Origin: Phoronis australis
Lineage: Eukaryota > Animalia > Phoronida
Direction of reading: 5' to 3'
DNA: 64,000 nucleotides
Assembly: GCA_002633005.1 (NCBI GenBank)
Contig: NMRA01000056.1
Location: 1,085,521 to 1,149,520, forward strand
Position 1 is the stretch's first letter, and each line of letters begins with the position of its first letter. A program made the position numbers and the translations under genes. The notes beneath the pieces were generated by a model, which was given only the letters and a program-made list of their open reading frames with translations, made no database searches and was not told the DNA's origin. Positions 27,171 through 39,899 of this stretch are shown here, piece by piece.

Positions 27171-30100
27171 CAGCTCCTCGGAGCGCTTTCATTTGGTAGT
27201 TAACAATCTGTATCGGTGGCATTTAAAAGTGAATATTTGTACTTTGGGGGTGCGTGTTAAGTTAAAAATAGGTCTCACCTCGTGTGGGAATGGTAGTAAC
27301 AAAATGACAGTGAAAATGCATGAGTTTTAGTCTGTGTGTGGATGGGGCAAGGAAATTTCATGTACAGTACATGTAATTACCCAACAGAAACAACAAAACA
27401 ATAATGTCTTTGTAGAGGTGGTAAAATAATCTATTCATTTATGACCAAAATGGTCGTTAAAATTGACATTTTTCAAGAGCTTGTAAAACCATCCGCTAAA
27501 ATTTATCAATGTTGTTTGGTGACAGCTGGTAACTGTAAAAACCATGTTTACAAGGAAATAACTTTATTGTCCTGGAGAAGTTTTACAACAAACTAGTCCA
27601 TTTGTCCACTATATCGTGTCATAGACTTCATGGCTGTGTTGCATAAAATTGTTCACTGGATAAGTTAGGTTGTTGCATGACGTCAGGTACATTGTTCAAC
27701 AATAACAACATGGCGCCTCATAATGTGACTCATTGGCTTATAACTTTCATGCAACTGGGCCCAGAAGTATACTCAGTTCCCGTACCAGTGTTACGTATTA
27801 TGATTTCGTACTTTAAACTGTTGGGCCTGATGTATCAGTCTATGTATTACCATACATGTTCGAGTTTGTTCGAGTTAATGCTGAGAGACTCGAAATCAAA
27901 GGGTGGGTCAGTTGAAAGGATTGCAAGGAAATTTGGTTTCTTAAATGAAATTTCTTATTAATATTGTTGACATGTCAGACTTCATTTACCAAACAATGAT
28001 CAATTTTGGAATATTCCAGCAAAATACTTTATCTCCATTCTCAGTGCACTTTAAATACAAAGTAAATACTACATAGCGAGAAAAAATCAGATTTTTGCAG
28101 ATCACCTTCAACCAGTGGAGATTTTCTTACTACAGAGCAAGGTTCAAAGGTTAGAGAACTGTCACTCAATTGAAATCTCCACCCACTGTGTATAAGTGTG
28201 ACCAAGTACAAACACCAAGCATAGGAGGCACACTACAGTTATTGCAGGTTTTTTGGCTGCTGACACACACCCAAGTGGAGACAAGTCCTTGTCTCACGTC
28301 CTTATTGAGAGTTTGAAACAAACAAAAGGCTTTTTGGCGTTCACAACTCAAAAGCACTTCTCACGATAACTGAAACTTAATTCTGCTACAGATTTTTAAT
28401 CGGCTAATTCACATCAGGAAAAAATACTGGCACTCAAAAATAGGACTAAAAAACACCAACTTTGGCTGTTTTCTCCCCAAATTTACTACTTCTCTGCTCC
28501 TCCTCTCTAGATTCTAAAAATGTGGTCATAGTACGCCCCTTACCAGCTACTTTTTTCGCAATTTCGATCTCTGAATGACAGCCAACTGAAATCGTACCCA
28601 GTTTCTCAGTCAGCAGGCGACGGGTTGAAAGCAAGCGATAGCCACCATTTTGCATGGAAATTGGGTCAGGGTTAAAAAAACTTTGCTTTTCTCATTCAAA
28701 AACGCAAGTAATTCAGTTTCCTGGCATTTTTTTCAACAAACTTGACACACGCCCTGTATTCAAATTCTAGGGACTAGAAAATTTGATTAGAAAATTTTCT
28801 GTGGCTTCAGCCTAACTTTTCAGGGCTATAGCCTAACTGTTAGGGCCATCATATTAGGCAGACTGTGAGCTATAGTGCTCTTAATTTTGGCAAAGCCTAT
28901 TACTGATTTAACTTTCAGAACTATTTTCACTTTAGCAATTAAAAATATTCAATGTTGGATCAAAAATGCTTTCACGGCTGATAATGCAGTGGTTTGCCGA
29001 ACATCTGGTTGACTGGCGTTTTTTCACGAATGCAGGCAATTATGAAAACGAGAACATCCACAACCAAAACTCACTTATTTCATCTTGTATTTGATTTTTT
29101 ACTGTTTCAATCTTGTGCTCACATCATGCTTTTACCGCAGACTTTCAGTTTCTATTCTCCATGTTCATGGCTGGTTTCTTAAGATTCAGTCTCTCTTGTG
29201 TTTCATGTGGAGAGAATTGCAATGCACTATTCACCTATAAATGATAGCTCTTCCCATAACCTATATTGAACCAAGACTGAAGAACCACTCCTACAATATA
29301 TAATAATAAATTTAATTATGTGATGTGAATTCACTTGATATTCACAGCAAAATATGACTTAAATAACAAAGTAAGCGAATTAGTAACTTGTGCCAATAAA
29401 CAACTTATTTTAACGAAGGTATGTAATAAAAACCTTGTGATTTGCAAGGGTCGTCATGTCTGCCACTTTTTCTCAGTTCCTGTTGAACAACTTTGTTTGA
29501 ACTTAAGAACATGAATTCTCCAAAGCAGCTCGATAAATTTCAATGAAACTTTTCATTGTCAGTATTTATTTATTGATCTCAAAATGCTGTTAGGATTGCT
29601 CAATTTGACGTATATTTTCTGTTTACTAAAACATCTACGGTTACGAGTATTGTTTCTCATTAACATTTGCTATTTTTGTAAAATAATTTAGCTGAAAACT
29701 CAACGTAAGCAAGTATTCAAAAATTCCTCACAACATTTTTGGAGACCAACTATGAAATTTTCAAACGGAAATGGTTTAAGGTCAATTTACGGGTTGTTTT
29801 GTTATGAATGTACCTTTCAAAAAATAAAATTTGACTTAAAAACATGCAGACATGAAAATAATCATCTTCAGGCTGGTAGCAAACACATTTTCGGAATCCT
29901 TGATCTTTCTTCATTCAGAAAATATATCCTTTTTAATTGACATATACTAGTTTTGTGATAACTGGCTTAGAGTGGACGTCACTGAATAAGGTTTGACATA
30001 ACCTTACCCTGAATGAATGCAGTGCCTAATTGCATATGAAATGCAGTAGAACTGTGATTAGACCAAAAAAGCATTGCTTCTGGTCTCTGTTTTTGAAAAC

Positions 30101-30620
30101 AGAGTAGGTGGTGCAGTGTTTTTAGTTGCTCACTGTTTCAAAAAAGAAAATCCACCTGAGGCGAGCCAAACAATGTGAGATTTGTTTAATCATCGCTTTT
30201 TAACCTTGCTTACCCTTGTTCACATGTCTCTCTGTACTTTTTCAAAAAACACAAAACCTTGGCAAAAATTGATGCAGGCAACCTCTTTATTTTAGTTTTT
30301 TTTTGTTTATTTGGCGAGTGCATGTCTCAAAAGTGAGTCGGGCTAAAGTCCAAAATCAACTGCTTTTGGACCCCATAGTGAGATTTTACAGTACACTTTC
30401 GGGGCTCTCTGCATTACATGTGCATGGGAGTTAATGTAATTTTCCCGATAGACGTCCGTGGTCCTGATTGTTGGACCTCAATATAATTTCTCATGGTTTC
30501 CAACGTTTCTGTTAGTGCGCGAGGTGTCATATATTAGTGGTTTGCAAACAAAAACCTGATCTTGCTATTCAGATTTGTATTAAGCACACCTTATAAATCG
30601 ATTTTAAAGCAAAGGCAAAC

Positions 30621-30690
30621 ATGTGCACGTACGCACACACACTCATGCACGTACACACACACGCACACACATGCGCGCATGCACACACTC
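30621..30690. repeat. Degenerate (CA)n microsatellite
   Basis: Read directly. Confidence 0.8.
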
Positions 30691-32577
30691 AACGTACTTC
30701 TTACTATAAACATCCTGAAGCAGTGTTTCCTCTGCTAGCTGTGAAACAATTCATCTGCGAAATAATTATACTGATCATAATGTGGCAGATAACTGATTTT
30801 TTTGTCATTAAATTACCAACTTCGATTTGTTTTGTTGTTTGACATTACAAGATTATTTTTCTTCAGTGCAGTAAAACTTGCAAAAAGTGTACACGCATAT
30901 TAATTGGACTAAAGCTTAACTCGCACTGTGTTCTGCAGTAACTGATTCCTAGTTAAGATTATTGCTCAACTTGAACAAAGTCACTAATTCCATGGAGTCT
31001 GCTGTTGTTCTCACTTGATGCTCTCCAGTCTTCATAAACGGCAATTTTTCACGTATTTAGCACACAATATGGCCAACAGCTGGAATTCTGTTATTTTGTC
31101 AAATTTCTTCTCAAAAATAACGTCTAAGAAAAAATCTGTCTTTTGCAAGCATGGTCTGAACTATGTAGACAACGTAAGACAACTTTTGGTAAAGTTTCCA
31201 TTATTTGTACCAAAGTAAGCCGTCTTTAAAAATGCAAGAATGACAAATTTGCTTGTCATTTTCCTACTAATTAAGAGGACAAGTTCTGTAAGCCCGATTT
31301 TACTTAACTGGGATATAATCCCTGTCCGGATCAACTGGACTAATGCCAGCTTTACCGAATAAATAATAGCATTTTTTAGTAATTAAGCCAAGCAATGTCG
31401 AACTTTTATTTAATGATGTTTTCGCAGCGCTACTGTGCTCTGTTATCCTTGCTGTGATTCTTCTATAGTGATCTATTTTTCATGAAATTTGTTTCTGGAA
31501 TTGTTCCTCCTGTGGGACCATCAAATACAATATGTCATTAATTTTCATGCCTGTCTTGATCAATCAACCCTAGGTGCTATACACCCTGACAGTTTAGGGT
31601 TAAGGGAGAATGAATTGATGATATCTTGTGACCAGGAGAATCGTGGAAAGTTTTGCCTCGACCTAATTAAGAAGATTCTAGAGATTTCTCGACCAGGTCG
31701 AGGGTGCAGAACTTGATTTTTGTTCAAGATAAAGTATTCTTATTTCCCAATGCACTTTCAACCCTTACGAGCGTGTGTATAATGGTCAAGATTTTACTTC
31801 GTGTTTTGAAGGTCATCTGTTGTTGATTTTGTGTTACATAAAGTAAGTTCTGCAGATTCCCAGCGACCTTGACACAATTTGTCACATTGCAAATGGTTAA
31901 ATTTGGGTTTAGAGAGTTACAAATCTTAACATTGAGAAAAAGTGCTTTTTGTCTAATGATAACTCTCAAAGAGGTGAACTCAAAAGAACTGAACTATGCA
32001 AGTAAAATGCATCTATGGATGTATGTTATTAGAATTTCAAATAGAAGTATGAACAAATGCATCACATTTATGTATTTCTGGGTATTGAAATAGTTTTATC
32101 ATCAGTAACAATGTTTGTTATGTTAAGCAGCCTCGAGGCTTATGACATCACCCATATTAAATTGTTTGTAATTTAATATATTTATATGACATATTAAAGA
32201 TATGTTCCACATTTCTCTGCCGAATCTATTTCCTTTCCTGCACAATAACCTTTTGGCAATAAAATAACATATGTGATGATATTTTTGTCAGTATTTTGTG
32301 GAAGTCATTCAACTGGCAATTTTTTGTATGAAAATGTATTAGACTGACTAGAAAAACTTCAGTCTCCGAGTAACTTAACGTAATTTCATTTTAAGTTCTC
32401 CCCTTGCACAGCGTGTAATGATTGTAAAATGTTCTTAAAGGTACACACCAGGCTCGTAGAAACAAGACATTCTCCTCAAAAATGTCCTTTATGCTACTAG
32501 TCTGTCACAGTTATCCAGTTATGTGCGACTCGCTTAAGTGTTCTTTGGTTCACGTAAATTTTTCGTTCTAGTTTCAG

Positions 32578-33651
32578 CTCCGTCGTCGCAGTTTCAGCAA
32601 TACTCACCGCGAGACCCCTACCCGTCACCCGACTCCTTCTGGTCATGGCGAGGTGAGCCACTAGCTCCTCCTGGTGCCCAGTACAGGTCGTGGGGCACTA
32701 TGTCAAAACGTCCATCACCTATGTCAAACTATGATGCCATGTTGGATAGTCGCATGCGACAGATGCAAGACCCATACGACATGGCACAGGAGCAGCGCTA
32801 TTCCACGTGGCTCCACACCGTGGCGCATGGACCTCGCCTAAACCAATCACAGTCGCCGTCGGCACGGCAAGTCATGCGTGACCCCAGAGACCTACGAGAC
32901 AGAGATCTTCAGCTGACACGTACCCCTTTGAGAATTAAAGTGGAGGACTTTGAACTCTATCGCCCCCTGTTGGACAAACAGCGGAGCGTGAAGAAGAAAT
33001 CGGTGGAAGCTTTGTTTAACGGTCTGTTGTCAGTACACGTGTATTGTGGACACGGCTTGAAGTCGTCGAGAACAGCCTTGCGTGACTTGTACTGTGTTCT
33101 CGAGATAGACGGACAGAACAAGGCTAGGACAATGATTCGTACTGGTGCTATAAACTTCGATTGGGATGAGTCATTTGAACTCGACCTGGTGTCGGCCTCT
33201 CAGTTGTCCACCCTTATTTATGCTTGGGATCCGTATTACAGACACCGGCTGTGTTTTAGTGCTACGGTAGACATGACTTCCATCTTGAAATCGGGAAAAC
33301 GGCGGAAAATTGCCGTCAAGCTCGAACCAAAAGGAGTTCTCTACTTGACTTTGACGTACAAGGAGACAACCACGCCGCCCAAGTCGTCCCCGTTGTCGTC
33401 GCCACGTGTCAGTACGTTGTTTGGAGTTGCCCTGGAAACTGTGTTAAAGAATGAAAATTCTGGCCTCAGAGTGCCGTTGCTCGTTAAGAAATGCGTGGAG
33501 GAGATTGATCACAGGGGGCTTGACACAGTGGGAATCTATCGGCTCTGTGGCTCAGCAAAGAGAAAGGCCCAACTTCGCGAGGAGTTTGAACACAATCCTT
33601 GGAACGCTGACGTGTCACCTAGCAACGTTCCTGACATCAGTGTTGTTACGG
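32578..33651 (+). CDS. SYDE1: SYDE/Syd-1 Rho GTPase-activating protein, large internal exon (C2 domain and start of RhoGAP domain)
   Basis: Lies within ORF 32538-33749. GLLSVHVYCGHGLK...DLYCVLEIDGQNKART...FDWDESFELDL is a Syd-1-type C2 domain. LFGVALETVL...VPLLVKKCVEEIDHRGLDTVGIYRLCGSAKRK is the RhoGAP start with the arginine finger and the SYDE-typical YRLCGS. Acceptor tttcag ends at 32577; donor G|GTAAGA follows 33651 (phase 1). Confidence 0.92.
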
Positions 33652-33959
33652 GTAAGACCAGAACAATAGTGTTTATTGAATTGCACTGTCTGCTACATGA
33701 TAAATGCTGTTTTATTGTTGATGTTGCTGTGGAAAATCAATGCCCTTAGGCAACTTGATGTTGTATTTGAAGTAAGGTTTCACATCATTTTTCATTCAAT
33801 GCAGCTACTTTTGTCGAAGTCCCAATGTGACAACTAGTACTGCCATCTTGTGTCAGGCCGCGGAACCAACCTGTTTCTACCCCTGTTGCTCTCGAGGCAT
33901 CAGTTCATTTTGTAACCTAAGTTTTGACATACTTACCAAAGGTTAGAAATCACTTCTGA

Positions 33960-34110
33960 TCTTATGGTTATGTAGAACCCTTAAGAAAAATGTCCAAACT
34001 TGGCCAATTTCGGAAATGGGTGATCGTTTTCACATGAAACTTTCAGATGCTTAGCTTTATACCGTTTTCTAAAAAACTATTGGGAATTGTTTTTAAAAGT
34101 TCCACTTTTG
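33960..34110 (+). mobile_element. Dispersed repeat terminus (related copies at about 43608-43760 and 55612-55760)
   Basis: All three loci share a degenerate tagaaccc..aaaaatgtccaaa..tggcca..tt...gaaatgg...tgaaactttcagat pattern. Confidence 0.55.
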
Positions 34111-37100
34111 TATGAGAGGCTGTCAAAACTAAAACATTTTTGATTTTTATGAAAAAACCCCCGAAAATTGCACTAAACAAAGAAGGAGTGTTAATTTAGA
34201 AAACCACCACAGATTTCATTTTGAACATTTATATTAAACTTTATTTGGTCATGTCTGTGATTCCCACCCATAACTTTGCCATCAATGTATTTTTTTATTT
34301 TACTAAAATTTACTGAAAAGATACGGTGAATGACCCAGTTAGTGGCAGACTGAAGTCAAGAATCAAATTTTACAGGCTTTCCGCTTTCAGAAAATATGTA
34401 CTCTTACTGAGTAAAAGCTGTGTTTTGAAGAACTCTGAATAAAGTATAGTATTGGAACATTTCCCATGAAATCAATTAGCCATTTCTGAGGTGCGACTTT
34501 CGAAATTAGCCAAATTTGGTATTTTTCTAGGGTCCTTGCATAACTGTTGACGCAAATCACTTCATTCACCTATAAGGTCTCAAAAATCGACTAAATCTTG
34601 TGAACATGGCTGTCCGCCACTGCTAAACATCTAAAAACCAATGTTCCATAAAAAACTGATTTTTATGTAGGCATTACCCTCTATAAAAGCTGGTCTTTGC
34701 TTGTTCTTTGTCAACAGAGAAATGTGGGCTTGGAGGGAACTGGCAATTTGCAATTGCTTGAGACTGCACTCGACTCAGAATATGGCCTGCCACCGTTTGT
34801 AGTCTCTTGTGTCGTTTCTCTCCTAACCCAGCAATTGCATATGATTTAACTCGAGAACAATTTGAGACCAATTTCCTGGCTGCAAGTGGTCTAAATCAAA
34901 ACTGAATTTGTGTGACAGATGGTGGGCTCACGTCAGCTTTATGATATTGACAGCTGATTTCATTCTGTGAAAGATCTGCTCTTTAGTTATAGGCTTCGCA
35001 TGATTTGCGCATATTTTCCGCGTGGCCACGTTGTCGCAGTCGATCACCAATTGATGCTTTCCTGCCAGTATCAGTCGTGCGCGAGTTCTCACATATGTCA
35101 TGCTTAGTACAGCTTATGCGTTACATTCTTTCCGCATTAACAGTTGGCGTCATAATCGTCGCAAAGGGCTGCAACAAACTGTTATGTTCGTTAGCTGGGA
35201 TTATCTCGAGTTGGCACTATGCAAAATCAATACGCGTTACGAAACGCACCTACTATGATCCACAAATAATGAGCCAACGGTGTCACTTAGCGGTTGCGGT
35301 ATGAACGGATGGTGGTCACAAACTGCACATTTTTGGTTGCTTGCATGGGCGTGTGTGTAAATATTTGATCATTCGTCATTTGTTGTGCCTCGTGAGCGTT
35401 TGATAATGCTCAATTAAATAATTATTAAAATCTGTCATTAAGCAGAGGTACCAGTGCAGTATTGCGTTACATTGTATCTAATCAATAACCTTCCCTTGCT
35501 CAATCAAGTACATTGCCCTTGAAATACCTAACGCTCTTTGTGAACAATTATTGTGTAAAAGCAGTGACTAGTTGGAACAAATCAACGGAAATCTAAGGAA
35601 AGGGCACGCATGTGGCAATATTGAACAGGTTTACTGACACTTCACTTCAGTTTGGTCTAGGATTTTGAATTATATCTTATGAATAATGGAGACCGTTGAT
35701 GTTATTTTAAGCTAGATTGCAGCTAGTGGAGGGCGCAGTCACTGAAAACTAATGGGCTCGTATTTTCAATGAGGGATGTTGAAAAAGCCCTCCTAAGGAT
35801 GTTTACCAGGGACCCCAAAACCCGACCCTTTAGAGATTTACCTCTTCAAAATATGACACTAAAAAAAGAAATTTCCCTAAACTGGATCTTGATAAGTGAA
35901 ATTCATTAAAATACACCGCTTATGGTCAAAAATCATACCCTTAACACGTAATGTGCATAATGTTATGTAAGACTCATTACGTGCATAAGGTGCACGGGCC
36001 CAAAAAAGTGATCCTTTTCTTGTGACATTTTGTTGAAAAATACGTGCATTTCTATTGGTGCACTCTAATTGATCACACTCAAGTTTCTGGTGACTGCTCC
36101 CCTGGGGCTTGCTGCTAGCGTTTGTTTTGTGTTGGGACGTGCACGTACCATTTGCACGTACTGTTAACATCCGGGTTAATACCCTGAATGCTTAATTTGG
36201 CCATCCAAGGGATTGAAATGAACATAAACCAGAAATTACAAGAAATTAGAGGTGGGCACTTTCTGGATCGTTGGTGCTTGACCTGGTCCAGATGATTGTC
36301 CTAGCCACCCTTTTTCTTTCAAATTTGAAGTCCACAGACCTGAAGTTCAAAGAGTTTGCCGCATTAGGCTTCTTGTTGGCGCAAAGTTGAATCAGCACTC
36401 TCTAAACGACATGTTTTGGAGTAGCTCAGTATTAAAATATCATGTTCTAAGTGCACCTATAACACTTGAGTAATCTCCTGTCGTTTGAATGTCAGCAAAG
36501 TTGTTGAAGTTAGAACCTTTTGTTCACTGTTGCAATTTTTCTATGTGATATCAGAACATTTGGAATTGATCAAGCAATATGGTTTCTGATTGATGAAGAG
36601 AATTAAGTAGCATCCGCACACCGCGTTTGGTTGGAAAATAACATTTAGTACTGCGATTGGCTTGTGTAGCAGCTCACTGCTCCATCTATTGGGAAACGCC
36701 TTTGTGGCTTGCTAGTGCAGCGACCACAAAAACAGACTGAATCAATGCATTCCGCACAAGTTTTTGCTTTTTGACACACTCCAGACCACACAGGGCATAA
36801 AACAAAATGTTAAAACAGTTCACTCTACTTTTCTGGTTCATTTCTGTCCAAACGTAAAAAAGTGCTCTGATGCCTATACAGATTTCTGCACGTCTTTCGT
36901 CATCAATTCATAGGGCCACTTTTCCATATAGGTGGCATTGTCACAAGGTACTCAAACAATTTAAGAACTTCCTGTAAAACATTTCAGGAGGCATTTTGTG
37001 CTGTGGCAAAGCACTGAATGCATTGTTTTTAAAACCTAAAAAGAGACTCACTTTTAAAATGGCGACTACGTGAATAAGATGTATTGTTACGCAGAAATGA

Positions 37101-39899
37101 TGCATATGCAAATTTCACGAGCTGAAATCTTGTGTCATTGGTTGGTTTCAAACTAGGATTGCATGAAATAAAAAACCTCGACTTTGTGTGGATATCCGTT
37201 ATCAAGTGTCAATTTATGCAGGTGGTGCTGAGAATAATGCTGTTGTCACTTATGGGCGAAACTAAACTGCAGCTCGAAAATTGATTCGATTTCTGCGTTT
37301 TCAACGCGCCTGACAATATTGGCATACCGAAACGGTTATGTAGCATAATTTTGTATCTTTTTGATTTTGCATATTACGTACCATTCCATTTCACGGGCAG
37401 GACTAGAAATTGCAGTGGACATGTTGTTTCTAGATGGTGCGCTAGACATTGCCCCCTTGGTACGCCTTAGATCTTGGTGTCCCACGTTTTGATTTTGGAA
37501 TGTTGGCAGCTGTGATGATTGTGACTTTAAGTACAAAACCCATGAAATGTTTTTGCACTAACTTGACTACGCATTGCCATAAATGATTAAAGTGGCACTC
37601 ATCGACATAGTCGTGTATTGTTCCCTGGAGGTCTAGTTCATCAGTTCCATTCTTAAAGACCACCAAAATGTTGTTGTTATAATCTGATACGTCATTGTCA
37701 TTTCCGTATTAGCTCGGACTAATGACCTTTTGCCTGGAATTTGTTGAATTTGATTTAAAAGACATAATGCCCCGGGAAGGCGTATTTGGGTGGGTATCCA
37801 TGTTCTACCATGGGTTAGGTGTTTTTGCAATTTGGGTTCTAAGGTGGGAAGGTTTCTTGATAATGAATTTTGTATTGAAATTTGTATTTTATTTTATGAA
37901 CAGACTATGGGTATGGGTCCTCAGAGGAATCTTCATAGTTGCAGTGGGTACATATTCAAGCAAACTATGTATGGATATGGGGTGTCTAAACCAAATCATT
38001 GCTATAGGTTTACTTTTGTTGGTCTTGTAGAGACAACATTCCTGCCCATTACGATTCCAACCCACCTCCCACTCTGTTGTTTGGACTGAATGGTGATAAA
38101 AAGAAGCAAAATGGATTGTTTGCCATTTTGCAGATGTCGTCTGCTTACTACTGCAATGTTAGTGTTGTCTGCTGTCACTCTTGAGATTTTAGCGATTTGA
38201 TATTGAAGTGAAGTGGAGGCTTTTCCTTTCATCTGTTGAAGATTATAATGCAGGATACTGTATCAAAATGACTTATATTATGTAAATGTAATATAGCGAA
38301 AACCTTTTTCTTAATGAAATTGATTAAAAATGATTCACAGACTGCTTGTTTGCAAATGTTGATAAATGATCTTCAAGAGTTGTTCCATTAGCTGTCAGAT
38401 ACAGGTTATGCTTGCATGTTTGGAAATTTCATGTTTATAAAAGAGTTTGCTCTGCCGCATGTTTTAAAGTTGGTACCATGTGTGTGATTTTGAAGTCAAA
38501 GAATCCATTTAACCATCAAGAAATGTAAATTCTTGGTTATTAAAATCATGGAACCACGCTCATCAGAAGAAAGTGCCATTATCTAAAATAATGAACACAA
38601 ATTTCCACTATTCCTGGCGAAATTCAGTGGCCTACATTTAAGCATTTGTATTGAATTTAATTAAGAAATTAAACGAATTTATTTCTTAATCAGAAGCAGG
38701 TAGTGACTTTTGTGCTTGCCGTGAGCTGCTCTTACTTAATTTTTGCATTTCGTGGTCAGCAGGTTATCATCTATTGATCCGAAATTTTATAGCCTTCAAA
38801 GGATTCGACATGCCTTAGACATTAATTGTGCCGTTGGTTTTGTATCAGTTTTCATAACACTTGCGTAATCGTGCAACAAGGAAATTGTCCTTGTAGTACT
38901 TACATTAATTATCAATGTATTGAATCAGCATAACCTAATTAATTCTCTTGGTATGTACTGATTGTCGTGTGTGCATAGATACCTCGTAACATGACACTTC
39001 AAACAAATGCGCTTACCTGAAGTGAGTCAGAGATCTATTTTGCCCCGTGTAGCTTGGTGAAAGGTGAAAGGTGAAAGGTGAAAATTTAAATAGGCTTTTT
39101 ACTCTCATAAATTGGTCTTCGAATATAGTCCTTACCATGATAGGATTCTATCCACATAACTAAATCAAGTCACAAATAGCGAAAAGGCTGCCACAGTGTG
39201 ACTTTATTTGGTAACGGAAAAGAATCTTATCCCGATAGGGAGTATTATGATTTTAGCTGAAAAGTGAGAAACACACTTTTAATTCTTAGACTAGTTCTGA
39301 AGTTATTACACAGGTTTGCGAGAATGGGTCATTTTGAGCGTAAAAACTTTGATTTGCGCAGATAATCACGTTTAAAAGCCCATTCGTGTACTGGCTCAAA
39401 ACAGCACTTTTGCCGGCATTTTTGCTGTCAGCAATGTAAACCCGGTATCAAACTCGTCAGATGGACCACAATGTCACACTGAGTCAATAAATTGTCGTAT
39501 TGACCTGGATTCTGGTACTTTCTGCAAGTTATGCATGGCCTTTATTTTTTCTGCGTCACAGGGAGTTTAGTCTTACCATCAGGTCTTTAAGGGTATACTT
39601 ACAACATACAGTGTTTGCCGTCGCCATAGTTTTTAAATGGCATAAAATATACATGCACTTGTATTGTTACTTTTTATGGTGCCTATAGACAATAAGCCAC
39701 AATGCTGCTGGAATGCTGTTTAGGGTGTTAACCAGTACTTTTGTAGGTTTACAAAAAGGTTTGTCATGTCTCAGTACAGTGCTTGTCTCTGGGGAAGTGC
39801 GACCCAATGTTGATCAGGGTGTGTCGTGGATTTGTTTTAAAACATTTCCTAGTTTTTGTGCCGACCTTTTAGTTATTTGTTGCGCTGTATCTATTAGTT

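Noticed and set aside
33652-33749. ORF continuation to TAG 33749 as the true SYDE end
   Set aside because: It would truncate the RhoGAP domain. The consensus donor at 33652 splices in phase to 41498.
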